A DNA stretch of 63,125 nt, filler included, from Octopus bimaculoides (lineage: Eukaryota): NCBI RefSeq assembly GCF_001194135.2. It is 4 parts of 4 records of this genome, joined end to end, with 100 filler letters (N's around TTAATTAATTAA, not from the genome) between each part and the next. Parts side by side here need not be neighbours in the genome. Positions count along the whole stretch, not along the records: positions 31,285 to 58,957 come from NC_068989.1; positions 59,058 to 61,888 come from NC_068986.1; positions 61,989 to 63,125 come from NC_069004.1; 1 more part is not named here. One strand, written 5' to 3'. Made by a program: the position numbers and the translations under genes. The notes below the pieces were generated by a model. The model was not told the origin of the DNA and searched no databases. It was given only the letters and a program-made list of their open reading frames with translations. Below, in pieces: positions 49,253 to 63,080 of the stretch (the stretch's first letter is position 1; every line of letters begins with the position of its first letter).

Positions 49253-49408
49253 AGTGGCTGTGTGGTAAGTAGCTTGCTTACCAACCACATGGTCCCGGGT
49301 TCAGTCCCACTGCGTGGCACCTTGGGCAAGTGTCTTCTACTATAGCCTCGGGCAGACCAAAGCCTTGTGAGTGGATTTGGTAGACGGAAACTGAAAGAAG
49401 CCCGTCGT
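49253..49408 (+). mobile_element. SINE head and core (41016 family), running into a gap
   Basis: Near-identical to 41025-41180. Confidence 0.88.
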
Positions 49409-50385
49409 ATATATATATATATATATATNNNNNNNNNNNNNNNNNNNNNNNNNNNNNNNNNNNNNNNNNNNNNNNNNNNNNNNNNNNNNNNNNNNNNNNN
49501 NNNNNNNNNNNNNNNNNNNNNNNNNNNNNNNNNNNNNNNNNNNNNNNNNNNNNNNNNNNNNNNNNNNNNNNNNNNNNNNNNNNNNNNNNNNNNNNNNNNN
49601 NNNNNNNNNNNNNNNNNNNNNNNNNNNNNNNNNNNNNNNNNNNNNNNNNNNNNNNNNNNNNNNNNNNNNNNNNNNNNNNNNNNNNNNNNNNNNNNNNNNN
49701 NNNNNNNNNNNNNNNNNNNNNNNNNNNNNNNNNNNNNNNNNNNNNNNNNNNNNNNNNNNNNNNNNNNNNNNNNNNNNNNNNNNNNNNNNNNNNNNNNNNN
49801 NNNNNNNNNNNNNNNNNNNNNNNNNNNNNNNNNNNNNNNNNNNNNNNNNNNNNNNNNNNNNNNNNNNNNNNNNNNNNNNNNNNNNNNNNNNNNNNNNNNN
49901 NNNNNNNNNNNNNNNNNNNNNNNNNNNNNNNNNNNNNNNNNNNNNNNNNNNNNNNNNNNNNNNNNNNNNNNNNNNNNNNNNNNNNNNNNNNNNNNNNNNN
50001 NNNNNNNNNNNNNNNNNNNNNNNNNNNNNNNNNNNNNNNNNNNNNNNNNNNNNNNNNNNNNNNNNNNNNNNNNNNNNNNNNNNNNNNNNNNNNNNNNNNN
50101 NNNNNNNNNNNNNNNNNNNNNNNNNNNNNNNNNNNNNNNNNNNNNNNNNNNNNNNNNNNNNNNNNNNNNNNNNNNNNNNNNNNNNNNNNNNNNNNNNNNN
50201 NNNNNNNNNNNNNNNNNNNNNNNNNNNNNNNNNNNNNNNNNNNNNNNNNNNNNNNNNNNNNNNNNNNNNNNNNNNNNNNNNNNNNNNNNNNNNNNNNNNN
50301 NNNNNNNNNNNNNNNNNNNNNNNNNNNNNNNNNNNNNNNNNNNNNNNNNNNNNNNNNNNNNNNNNNNNNNNNNNNNNNNNNNNNN

Positions 50386-50451
<66 letters not shown>

Positions 50452-51554
50452 CAGATAGAGATATATAGATGGGGAAACGGCGTGTGTATGTTTGTGTACA
50501 CGCACACACTCACACACACACATATATACACACACACACACACTCACACACACAAAGAGTGCATGTAGTTTCGTAAATTGTAAACTGTAAATTCTAAAAG
50601 CTTTGACCTGTTCTTTAATGGAATTTGCATCTATACGCTGGATAAGCTTTTAACCGATCACAATAACATTGACTATATCTTCCCACCCCATTTTTATTGT
50701 AAACCATCGGCATGAAAGAGTCAACATCGAGTAGAAATCTATAGTTAGCATCATTGCATCGCTATAGAAGATACAGCAAGTTGTGATCAAGAAATACCTG
50801 TTCTGTCAATGATCTTAAATTGGAGAACGATGTTCAGGATCCTGTAAGCATTCCATAACATTCTATTTTTTGCTTGCTTGCTTTGATGTTGCTGTTGCTC
50901 TTGTTTTATTTACTACTTTATTTATATCCTTTAAGTAAATAGATTTATATATCAGGTCTATTTGGTTCATTTAATTGGTTTCCATCTTGAAATTAGAAGC
51001 GAATAGAATTTTTTTACATTCCAATGTGACACTTTCTCCTGCTGTTTTCCTCAGTTTCCTAGTAATTTTTCTTTAGGCTATTAAATTCTTTTAAGCATTA
51101 TGTATATGGGTTATTCAATGATTTCTTTTCACCGATCGTATATTTTGTATAATCATTCATATGCTTGTATTTTATATCACTGAGGTACTTATGCATGTGT
51201 GCAGTGAAAGAAATGCAAAGTAACACATTCACTGAGATCTTAATTTCAGGAAAGTGAGGCTTACAACTCCATATAACAATATATCTATTGCATTTATTCA
51301 CCATTTACAATATACTGAATCAGCAGTACAGTAAGTTTATAATACTTCGAACTATTAAATTCATCTTTTAGAGTTAAAGTGGGGGCATGTGTCTTTGGCC
51401 TCGTGATCGGAAGATTGTAGTTTCAGTTTCTAGATTAGGCGATGTGGTGTGTTCTTGAGGAAAACATTTCGTTTCACGATGCTTCAGTCCTCTCAGGTGG
51501 TGAATATATACAGCACAGAATCCTTATGAGTCTTATGAGTCTCGAGAAGGAGCT

Positions 51555-51593
<39 letters not shown>

Positions 51594-52810
51594 TCTCTCT
51601 CTCGAGCTAAAATGTTTGTAAAAGATATATAATAACGATATCACAACTGCGTGGGCTAGTGGTTAGAATGTTCGGCTGACGATCATAATGTCGTAGATTC
51701 AATTCTTGTAACGGGCAGCGCGTTGTGTCCTTCTTTAAGGTGGTGTGCCAGCACAATTGGTAGTGCCTTGGACAACCTGTTTAGCGGTACTTCTTCCAAC
51801 TGTTTATGATTTCATTTGAAATCCCACCTAGGTCAACTTCGTTTGTCTTCATTTCGAGAATAAGCACCGTTTGAGCTCTGGCCGTTGTAATGTACTACAC
51901 CTCCCCTCAAAATTGTTGACCGTGTACCAAAACAGTAAACAATATTGGTATCACTTCTCTTCCGTTAGTTTGATCTCTGATCGTTGTCAAATGTCTTTTT
52001 CCTGATTATGTATTATAAACTTAGCATCTGTGTCAGTAGTTAGGTGGATAACAACATTAACATCCTTCATTTAGAAATAAAATGTCTCTCGTTCCAATCC
52101 AGTTTAGTACTACCAATTCAACCAAGAATAAGACATCTGCTGATGATGATCAGAGATAAAAATCAAATGTAAATTGAAAATACTGACTAACAAACAAACA
52201 AAATAAAACAATTTCATATCCAAAGATGAAGTTTATAGTTAAAAGAAATGTTTTGACATAACGAACAATCTCAAACTTTCAGACATCTTGATAGAATAAT
52301 GGCCATAAAAAAATCTTGGTTGATTCTTGGTTCCTTGATTTCCCCAGTCAAACTTTTGCTTTACATTGTATAGAGAGATGGGGGAACAGAGTAGGAGAGA
52401 AAGAAAGAAAGAAAAGGAGAGAGAATGAGAGAGAGAATTAATATAAGTAATATACCAAGTATAGCGGCAGGCCATTAGTAAAAGAAGGTAACGCAGCAAG
52501 ATAGAAAGAACCATAGGAACAGAAATAGAAGAGGATGACGAAGAGTGTGGATATATAACAAAATAATTATATGAGGAATTCAAACTTGCAGTGATAGGTT
52601 TTGAGTGGAATAAATAATGATCGCGTTGATAAAATTTAGAAAAAATAACACATTTTCTTGTGCTTATATAAAATGATAAAATAAATTTTAATCTTCAAAT
52701 ATTTATTACCTGAAAATAAATTTTGTAGTTAAAATTATTTTGTTTTGTTTCTATAAACGTTTGTTGTCATTTACCTATTTCACAAATGACTATTTTTATT
52801 TATCTAGATT

Positions 52811-53275
52811 AAGGCAGCGAGCTGGCAGAATCGTTAACATGCCAGGCAAAATGCCTAGCAGCGTTTCGTCCGTCTTTACGCCCCGAGTTCAAATTCCGCC
52901 GAGGTCGACTTTGCATTTAATCTTTTCGAGACCGATAAAATAAGTACTATTTGAGAATTGCAATACTGAATAAAACCAGTAACAAAACACTGCACTTAAT
53001 CAAAGCACATAGAACTGCTCTCCGTTGTGCAGCGAAAGAAGACAATTACAATAAGGCTACTGAAAAATAATTCTTTGTCTTTTTTGTTTGATTCTTTTTT
53101 GAATAATAAGATGCTTGATGCGAAGGAATCTATAACAGGATTTTGAAATACCGAAAGAAAGGAAGTGGTACACACATAGCAGAATCAGTTTAAGAGAATG
53201 ACAAATTGACCATAGGTTGACTTACACCCTGTCTCAAAATCACTGCCAAAATTTGAAATCATTATTTAATTAGAC
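52811..53275 (+). mobile_element. SINE (ggcgagctggcagaatc family) interrupted by a 262-bp insert
   Basis: Head and body to aataagtactatttgag at about 52955, insert 52959-53220, then the SINE 3' end cttacaccc...gccaaaatttgaaatcattatt. Confidence 0.8.
52959..53220 (+). repeat. 262-bp direct repeat; other copy at 55765-56026
   Basis: Only two differences seen by eye (taaaacc vs taagacc; cacatag vs cacacag). Confidence 0.95.
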
Positions 53276-53447
53276 TGTTAATTGACACGTTACGAGTAAC
53301 GTTGGAATTTAAATTATTATTACTGTAAGTATACCGTATCTCCTGATATTACTCATGGTGGCAGAAGTATAAAGAAGTTAACTGGACTCCCTTTTTTAGG
53401 ACGTACGAATTTTCTCACTTAATATCCAGATGGCATTTAGTCTCGAT

Positions 53448-53510
53448 CAGTGGTTCCCAACCCTTTTTTAAAATGAGTATTCACACGGCCCCCTTTTAAT
53501 ATGCTTATCC

Positions 53511-53555
<45 letters not shown>

Positions 53556-53643
53556 GACACACACACACATATATATGAAATTTCGAATTTAGTACACGGA
53601 CCCCCCAGTACTACCTTTGCGGACCCTAGGTTGGGAACTACTG
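53448..53643. mobile_element. hAT (Charlie-like) MITE with internal (CA)n
   Basis: TIRs CAGTGGTTCCCAACC / GGTTGGGAACTACTG. 8-bp TSD GTCTCGAT / GTCTAGAT fits the nTCTAGAn Charlie target. Confidence 0.85.
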
Positions 53644-53649
53644 GTCTAG

Positions 53650-54320
53650 ATAAACGCATTGTTCTTGAACTGAGGAGAAGGCGAGAAGTAAACAGCAATG
53701 AAGTAGAACTTCCCGACGATGAGCGTAAATGAGAAGTGAACAAGTATCTTGGTATTTCACAGTTTTGCTAGATGATGAACACCAAGATGAAGGAAAAGAT
53801 TTCTGAATATACAGGAAGAATGAAAAAGCTTTGAAGATCTAAGCTGGGTGGCGAAAACCTGATGAGAGTCATCAATCCTTTTGCTGTAAGTGTGGTACAT
53901 TACTGCGCAGGAATTGTGCGATGGACAAAGCAGGAACAGGACAGCATGGACAGAAAGGCCGTGCATGGGGTTTCATACTAGAAGTAACGTAGCAAAGTTT
54001 TATCTATCTAGGAAGGTAGAAGAGGAACCGTTGGAATAGAGGATAGAGTTACGGAGACCAAGTCCTTGCATGCTTTTTTTAGAGAATGTTGCAGGCTGCA
54101 CTAAAAAGTACCAAGAGCGTCCACCAAGCTTCCAAAGTGAGTGATATACCGTCTGTAATATCTCAATGAAATAATGTAAAGCTAAAAATAGCAATCTTCA
54201 CAGGAAATATATCGTTGCCAGCAAACCTCAGCACTGCGCATGTGTTGAGGAAAGTGCTGCGTCTCTAAGCTGTGAGAAGGAGCTGAGGCGTGACATAGAT
54301 AACCCAGGGAAAGAAATAAT
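53650..54320 (+). mobile_element. Decayed, internally deleted R4-like LINE
   Basis: KYLGI...MKEKISEYTGRMKK...KLGGENLMRVINPFAVSVVHYCAGIVRWT...MDRK, and a C-terminal NLSTAHVLRKVL. Confidence 0.72.
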
Positions 54321-54439
54321 GAAAATTTTGAAAATTACAGTAATTCTGCAATTAAGACTGCAGAGAGCTGCGCTAAATGGGAGCAAACCGCTTCACAGGT
54401 TTGCCCTCCATAGCAAAGAACGTGATGTAAACCAAACTC

Positions 54440-55165
54440 TCACCCATAACTGGCTTCAGTGTTCTGGACTAAATTTTGGAAAGTTTGGGGAGGGGACAAG
54501 TCGATTACATTGACCCCAGTGCTCAATTGGTACTTATTTCATCGATCTCGAAAGCATGAAATTCAACATCGACCAGGACGAAATTTGAGCTCGGAACGTA
54601 AGGACGGACGAAATGCCGCTAAGCATCTTTCCCGGCATGCTAACGATTCTGCCAAGTCAAAATGACCTCGGCGAAATTTGAACTCAGAACGTAGTGGCAG
54701 ATGAAATATTGGAATGGGCTACTCAATTCTAATTGGGACCCACCTGCAAAGTCACGCGCTGTATATCTTGATATGAGATCACCATGTCGCGCCCATATGG
54801 TTGTGATGCATTTGCCTGGTGTACTCTTATTAGACGGGTAGTCATGATGGGTATACTGGGCTTTGTATATTTGTACCCCAGTGTCACTTTGATGGCTTGC
54901 ACTGCTCTCTCATTCAATAATAATGAAAATAATAATAATAATGATAATAATAATAATCCTTTCTACTATGGACATAAGGCTTGAATTTTTTGTGGAGGGG
55001 ACTAGTCGATTACATTGACCCCATTGTTTCACTGTTACTTACTTTATCAACCCTGAAAGGATGAAAGGTAAAGTCAACCTTGGCGCAATTTGAACTCAGA
55101 ACATAGAGACGGACAAAATACCGCTAAGCATTTCGCCCGACGTGCTAACGATTCTGCCAGCTTTA
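54440..55165 (-). mobile_element. Two SINE copies (ggcgagctggcagaatc family) at about 54440-54720 and 54955-55165
   Basis: Reverse-complement blocks gtcgattacattgacccca, tgaactcagaac, gctaacgattctgcca. (AAT)n tail at about 54915-54957. Confidence 0.75.
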
Positions 55166-55299
55166 ATAAGAATAATAACATTCTCACTAGAAATATTATG
55201 AAGCAGAAAACAGCAACTGGATGATAAGTGAAAGCTAAGAAGAAAGAAAAAAACTATATTGTCATTGTCCAGGCTTAGTCAAGGGAAAGTGCATCTACA

Positions 55300-56230
55300 A
55301 GCATAATATAATTAAGGCTTCCATACGCAGAAACGATATGTTTGCATAATGAAATACAAAGATAAAGAAGGGACATAAACGAGAAAAGCTTTCGGAGAAT
55401 GTCCAACGGACCATACTGTAGGGTATACTAATCCACACAGATGCGAAATCCAGCTTAATCGACCGGATATTGTTGTCAAGGACGACCAGAAGAGGAAGTG
55501 CTTCATGATCGAAGTATTAGCCCCAATAGACGAGAATTAATTCTAAAGGAAATGGTGATCTTATTTAAATCACAAAAAAAAGAAAATAAATATAGAAAAT
55601 AAAAATAAAATAAACATAAAAGAGAATGAGAGGTTTGAATACAGAGACATTCTCTATACCTAATAGAAGCCTTAAGAATGATTAAAAAAAGATGCGGGCT
55701 ACTACGTAATCAAAAATACAGTACTTAGGTATATACACAACAAACACAAAATAGGAACTGTGAATGCAATACTGAATAAGACCAGTAACAAAACACTGCA
55801 CTTAATCAAAGCACACAGAACTGCTCTCCGTTGTGCAGCGAAAGAAGACAATTACAATAAGGCTACTGAAAAATAATTCTTTGTCTTTTTTGTTTGATTC
55901 TTTTTTGAATAATAAGATGCTTGATGCGAAGGAATCTATAACAGGATTTTGAAATACCGAAAGAAAGGAAGTGGTACACACATAGCAGAATCAGTTTAAG
56001 AGAATGACAAATTGACCATAGGTTGAGACATGCCAAATCATACAGATAGGGAGATTAAGGCAAATCGATCAGTTATTATTCTCAAAGAGCACCACCATTA
56101 AAAGTGTCTCTTAATCGATATATCGATTCCTAAAAGTAGACAATGTATCTCGAAAAGAAGTAGAGAAACTCCAAATATAAGGAAATGGAAATACAGATAA
56201 GCGTTCCGAGCCGATTGGAAACAAAAGCAA
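55300..56230 (+). mobile_element. R4-like endonuclease remnants (two adjacent fragments)
   Basis: IQLNRPDIVVKDDQKRKCFMIEV, then ERKWYTH...ENDKLTI.DMP.HTDREIKANR.VII. Confidence 0.68.
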
Positions 56231-59057
56231 TCTCAAAAATAATAGGTACTTCAAGAATGAAATAAGAATGACCAGAACTTAATACTCGTACACACCATAT
56301 ATGTGTATATGTACATATATGTGTGCATGTGTTTTTTTATGGGTATACATAACATACACATATGTATATATATGCATATGTATGTATGTATGTATATGTA
56401 TGTATGTATGTGTGTGTGTGAGTGTGTATGTATGCATGTATATGCATGTATATACATAAACATACATACACACAGACACACGCGCACACATATATCGCAA
56501 AGGTGACAACAGCATATGGATAAGCATTACTGTAATATCCCTGGGTGTAACATTTGATACACACTCAATGCATTGCAACCCATGATTTTGGGGTAGTGTG
56601 TAGTGCTTGAACTCGATTAGTCTTCTCGTAACATCCTCTTGAAGACTAGGCATACACTCCTATATGCCCTTCCTCAGTGGAAATCGCAGCACTCAAAAGG
56701 TTATCCAAAACTTCCTTTAAATGATCAATTGAGAGCGTCCTCTGTGTGTGCATAGGCAGAAATATACCTCTCTTTTCAATGTCATTTCTTCAGTGAAATC
56801 ATCAGAGTGGCTGACGATATCATGATATGTCTCATAATATTCGGATAAAATGGGAGATGATAACGTGGCATACATGCCTTAAAATCTTTTACATTCAGAA
56901 TTATACGCAGGATCTCTGTCTCGTTTTCAGCATCAACAAACGATGTTATTTTCGTTGTCAGGTGCCTTGGTAAAGTGATCTTTTCTTTTGACAAATTTGT
57001 TACTTAAGTATTCTGATTTTTTTTGTAACTAATTGTCGTTATTTAGAATCAGTTATCGACACCATCCTCTAATTCTGGAGTCGATATTAAAGCTATATTC
57101 TTGCTGAATATTGCTTCTCGCCGCTAGCATCGTCGAAGATACCATCTTAAAATGTTAAAAATTGAATGCAAAAAAAAAAAAAAATCGTTTTGTCTAGTCA
57201 AAGTAGTGGGGTAAGAGTCGTAAAGTTCTTGAGTTTCTTGCTTGTGAATACCATAAAAGAAAATGAAAGGAACTGATTCCAAATGGATCGTGATATAATT
57301 AATATAATGGCGACATTAAATGAAGTTTACCCAATGTCAGCGAAAACATATAATAATGAGAACAACAATAATAATTCTTTCAATGCTATTAACATCTATT
57401 AAAATATACATTCATAAAAAAAGTGACGTGTAATAATGGTCGTATTAAAAGTCATATTAAAATCATGGGTTGGGACAAGACGCTTTATACTATATATAAC
57501 GATTTATTATTTTTTATAATGACATAAAAGTAATAATATCATCAATGGCAAAAATGAATATATGTGTGTGCATGTATAAATAAGTGAAATTTATAAACAA
57601 ATAGATAACTAACTTATTCAAGCATGAAAACACCAGTTAAGTATAATGAGAGTAGTCCTCGACGTCGGCTACTTCCACGTAATCCACATTTAGGAACTGA
57701 AATTTTTGTCGTTCTCGAAGGCGGCTGTGAGCTACCCGTTCTCTGACTGACTGTAAAAGTGTTCATATGCATCTGGTAGTGAAGTTATAGCAGATGATAT
57801 CAATGAATTAGTCTTCTTTCATTCTTTACATTTTCGGATCCAACTCTTCGGAAATCTGCTCATAGTATTTCGTAGCTGTACATTTGCTATTCGAGGTCTG
57901 CACATTTTCTTGTCAGTAATCTGCATTGCTACGGTTTGACATGTAAATGTCCCAAGTTATACAAATCCCTCTCAACAGAGCAACAAAACTTAAACCAAGT
58001 TTCCTTGAACACTTAAAATAATCTCGATGCATTTTTCTGAAAAATACCAAATGAGTCATCTGCTAAATATTACTACCAAAACTTGGTATCCGGTTCACAA
58101 AGCTTAATCCTCCAAGATGAGATTCCACATACACTAAAAGCAAACAGAATGTCCGTTCAATTTAAATTAATTAGTTACGTTATGTAATAAAAGCAGGTTC
58201 TTGAGAACTTTAGTACTATCAGGTGAAGAACCGATCTATTGTCACTCATCTGTGACAAGTAGAAGTCAAACTTCCTCAAATCCCACTCTCTACAATATTT
58301 CTCTTCTTCTATCTCAGTCATTCTCAGTCTTGCAATCACTATTTCACTTTAACAATAGGCCACCGAATTGTTGTACAATTTCCTTATTAAACTTCAATTT
58401 CTTCCAGACTTACTTCTTTTTATTTTCTGCTTAATTATATCTAAACTCACTTCTATATAACAATTTTATAAATGTTTTGATGCTTTTAATCTGTGCATCT
58501 CTATAGCGAAAATAGAGGACGGTTGTTAAAGACATCAAAGCATATATATATGACAGGAGAACAGACAAGAAGACAGTAAACACAAACAGGCTTCAAGCCC
58601 AAACACGTCACACAGAGAAAAAGAAGCAGATCTGTAAATTCTACCTAAATGGTACCTGCTGGCATGGGGAAAAGGGACGAAACTGCAAATTTGCCCATCC
58701 CAAACACCACCAGCTAAACAAGGTAGATAACCACTTACAAGAAAATAAGCGGGAGCGCAGAAAAGGGAGATCAGAAAGCTTAAATCTACATACACATAAT
58801 TCACAGAATACCAACAGGACTCACAAAGAGAGAAGCCCGTATATTCCTTCTGCTCCCAAAAAAAGGCTGTATGCAGAGGCTGTACGAACTGCAGTAGCTG
58901 AGCAGCAAGCTTTTTTAAGCGTGGCCCAGAAAATGGTACAACAGTTAACGTGGATGCNNNNNNNNNNNNNNNNNNNNNNNNNNNNNNNNNNNNNNNNNNN
59001 NTTAATTAATTAANNNNNNNNNNNNNNNNNNNNNNNNNNNNNNNNNNNNNNNNNNNN

Positions 59058-59145
59058 TGGGATTTGTGGAGGGTCAAAGTTTGGAACAAAAACAGGACAG
59101 TGGAGACATACAAGGAAACCGAACGAAAACAAACATGGAGGATCG
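59058..59145 (+). repeat. About 85-bp dispersed direct repeat; other copy at 60156-60238
   Basis: gatttgtg.agggtcaaagtt.g.aacaaaaacaggacagtggagacatacaa.gaaacc shared by both. Confidence 0.7.
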
Positions 59146-59289
59146 TTAGATCAGAACGAGAGGAAAATAGTGATGCCAAAGATTGGGGTGTCGTTGGGGC
59201 ACCGCATTTAGTGTGATTGGCTTCTTTTCTGGAATAGTTTCTAGTGAAGTGGCGAACTGGACAGAACTGCTCTTCTTTGTGCCTCCTTT

Positions 59290-59460
59290 CGTTATGTGGG
59301 TTCATGCGGTATCTCAGAAAATATATTTTTTTCCAAACGTTCATTGAAAACTTTCACATATGCACCTCGCAAATCTCAGATTGTTTCGCAGAATGTTGAA
59401 AAGTTGTGGGCCCTTGAAACACAAATTGTCATCATACTTAATCCTTATGCTAGATGAAAA
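59290..59460 (-). mobile_element. CR1-type LINE 3' end fragment
   Basis: Degenerate GPQLFNIL...L.DL.G..VKVF..RL.K....IP.EP, the typical CR1 ORF2 C-terminus. Confidence 0.5.
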
Positions 59461-61559
59461 AGACAGGTATATATTTGTGTTTGTGTATATATGCATAGGG
59501 TTTCCTTACAGTTTCCGTTTGCCAAATCCACTCATAAGGCATAGGTCAACCTGGAGCAGTCAAAGATGCTTGTCAAGGTGCGGTGTAGGGAGACTGAACC
59601 TCAAATCACGTGGGTGAGGAATTCTTTATGTTCTAAGTGTGTTTTTATAGATGTTGGCAATCACAGACCTCCATACTAAAGTCTAAAGATTAATGATTTT
59701 TCATGAGAAAGAGACAGGAATGATTTCTCTCTATTGTTCTCTGCTAGTATCCTGCTCCCCTGAGCTTACTCATGGCAGTATATTTAATCTTTAAACGCAA
59801 GGACTGGTACATGTGACATCAGAGTATGTCTACACACCGGTAGTCTCTATGGAACAGGTGTAGAAACCAGATTTCATCCGAATCCTGTACTCCTTGACAG
59901 GCGCTACCATGCTGCACCAGAGTGGACTTGGAAGTAGAGGTGATGAAGAGGTAACTTCATGTTCCCTTAAAAAAGAACCGAATTCTCGAGCGGAGGCTTC
60001 TTCTCCGGTTGGCATTTAATGATTGGTCCAAGACAAAACAAGACAAGTGACATAAAGAACGACCCTTCATCAGTTGTCGGCTGTCTATCTACTCCTTATT
60101 TCCACAATATGAGTCTTCGAAGACAGTTGCTCCCATAAGTACCAAAATAAAATTTTGGATTTGTGAAGGGTCAAAGTTGGGAACAAAAACAGGACAGTGG
60201 AGACATACAAAGAAACCAAGCGACAACAAACATGGAGCTTGAATAAAATGTTTAAAAAATAAGTGTATAAAGAGATGAAACGAAAACATTGTTTTAGAAT
60301 GTCGTGTCATATCAGTAATTGATGTAAACTAGTTGTTTTTGGAAGAATTTGGAATCTGTTAGAACAATGGTGTTATCTTATCCAAAAACTTGCACATCTT
60401 AAAATAATATCTTTTACAGTTATATCAGTAAAATATGTGCGTGAAAAGTAACGAAACTTGCCGCATCCATTATTACAGCTTTGTTATTTTGTAATAACGT
60501 AGCCAAGACTATAAAACAAATCAAATTGATAAATCTAAATCTTAGAACATAATATATTTCTACCATTTTAATACATTTAAATGTGTTATACCCTTACGCT
60601 TCCATTATCGTAGTACGGTTGATATTGTCGACGATAGATAACGAATACACTGTAACAGTGTTATAACAATACAAAACAGAAACAACGACAGTAATAGGCA
60701 AGTAACGAACCAACAATATTTTACGAACCAACAGTCAATATTTCCAACACATTAACTCGAACTGTAAACTGTACCTAGACTTCGAAAACCAAACTACGAA
60801 CTGCCGACTACTATTTATATGTAGTGGCCTCGTCTATTCTCGTCAGAGGGTGCTGTACTCTCGCCACAACAAAATGGTTTATGGTTAAACTCAGCCATTG
60901 TCTCCCTTTAAATATTAAATTTCCAGCCAACAAACTCCTAGTAAACCATACATTTTTGAAACTTCACGAAGTGTAAAAATGCAGTTGGTGCAACAGTCGA
61001 AACTTCCAAACTATGGTCATTGATAGCAAAATGCAGTTAGACTTGGTGACTTTTGCACCGCCCTGTAATAGCTTGTTTATTTACCCTCTCCAGTCGAACT
61101 GATTACAAATTCTTACACCAAATAACCATTCTAGGTTATAGTCTCGTACACTTCCCACACGTAATAACAATCTTTGTTTATATTCTAGCTTATTTTCCAA
61201 ACTATTCTTAAACACTTTGATAACAAGTTTAATTTAATTAAATGATACCACTGTTTTAATATAAGCCAAATTGCGCGAACTAGTTTTAGTCTGTTTGAAA
61301 TTAACTGGACTACTTTTCTTCAATTAAAAATAAAGTCTATCAGTATTTTCCATTGCTATTAAATTTGTAAAACTCCATTAACAAAATAATCCAAACAAAT
61401 GAATTGGTATAGAAAAAATATAGAAGTTTTTCGACATTGTTTGGAATGCACCTTTCAAACGACACGATCTTGAAAAGAGAACATTCTGGAATATGGTAAA
61501 AATATGGCGCACATGGTAAAAAATATTGAGAATATCTTCCTTAGAAATTGGTTGCTTTT

Positions 61560-61770
61560 TCCCCATTAATATTGGTTTCAAATTTTGGCACAAGGCCAGC
61601 AATTTCGGGGAATGGGTAAGTCGGTTAGATCGACCCCAGTACTCAACTGGTATTTATTTTATCGGTCTCAAAAGGATGAAAAGCAAAGTCGACCCCAGCG
61701 GTATTTCAACCTAGAACATGAAGTCGGAAGAAATGCCGCTAAGCACTTTCCCCAACTCGCCGCTTTTTCT
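61560..61770 (-). mobile_element. SINE (ggcgagctggcagaatc family)
   Basis: tttcaaattttggcacaaggccagcaattt...gatcgaccccagtactcaactggta...gatgaaaagcaaagtcgacc. Confidence 0.75.
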
Positions 61771-61988
61771 CATTGATATTGAAAGAAATTTCAATAGAGT
61801 TTTACTGATAAGTAATTTAAATTAATATATTAATTGAATATATAGGAGTGGTTGTGTGGTAAGTTGCTTGCTTACCAACCACATGGTTNNNNNNNNNNNN
61901 NNNNNNNNNNNNNNNNNNNNNNNNNNNNNNNNTTAATTAATTAANNNNNNNNNNNNNNNNNNNNNNNNNNNNNNNNNNNNNNNNNNNN

Positions 61989-62057
<69 letters not shown>

Positions 62058-62473
62058 CCTAAATGTACTTTAGTGACTGACGGGCCAACAGTTTCGTGCT
62101 AAAGCACTCGCGAAGAAATTCTTTGATAAGGGGTTTAGCATTAAACTTTTGGCCCTGTATCACTGATATTACTTGAGGACTAGAAGTAACGAGCATGCGT
62201 GTGTATGTGTAGTGTGGGAAGCAGATGTAGAGTACATTGTATATAACAGAAAATAAAGAAAGCGATACAAAAGAGAATCAAGAGTAAGCAAAGGGGAAAC
62301 AGACCCCACATCCCCACACGTGCCGATGTGTGTTTGTGGAGCTGTTGTCTCCCTACCTTAGCCCTTGGCTTCGCTTATCAAACTTTTATCTGTGTTGGCC
62401 TCATTCAACTGTGTGGGAACCCAAAGTCCATCATGTTCACTTATTTTGCTCTCATCGTATATTTACATACACA

Positions 62474-62695
62474 GGCGTAGGGGTGGCTGTGTGGTAAAGA
62501 GCTCGCTTCCCGACTACACGGTTCCGGGTTCGGTCCCACTGCGCGGCACCTTGGGCAGGTGTCTTCTACTATATCTTCGGGCCAACCAAAGCCTTATCAG
62601 TGGATTTGATAGATAGAAACTGAAAGAAAACCGACGAACACATATACGTGTGTGTGTGTGTGTGTGTCCGCCATCGCTTGATAACCGGTGCTTCT
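62474..62695 (+). mobile_element. SINE (41016 family)
   Basis: ggcgtaggggtggctgtgtggtaa...ggttcggtcccactgcgcggcaccttgggcaggtgtcttctactata. Inverted fragments of both main SINE families follow at about 62715-63070. Confidence 0.85.
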
Positions 62696-63080
62696 TTCAA
62701 TTTCCATGTATCAAATATGACAGGCTTCTTTCAGCTTTTGTCTACCAAATCCACTCACAAGATTTTGGTTGGCGCGGGGCTATAGTAGAAGACAGTTGCT
62801 CAAGAAACCACGCACTGGAACTGAACTCGGAATCATGTGGTTGGGACTCAAGCTTCTTATCAAAAAGCCAAAATATCCTTTCTACTGTAGTTACAGAGTC
62901 TGAAATTTTATTGGGGATGGGAGGGTGTCAGTCGATTACATTGACACCAGTATTAAACTGGTACTTATCTTAGCAACTCAGATATGTTGAAAAGCAAAGT
63001 TGACCTCGGTGGAATTTGTACTCGGAGCATAAAGACGCACGAAATGCAGCTCGGCATTTGTGCGAAATACGTCCATAAGT

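Noticed and set aside
59006-59344. ORF resembling a GIY-YIG endonuclease tail
   Set aside because: The adjacent sequence reads better as a CR1 ORF2 C-terminus in another frame, and no GIY or YIG motif is present.
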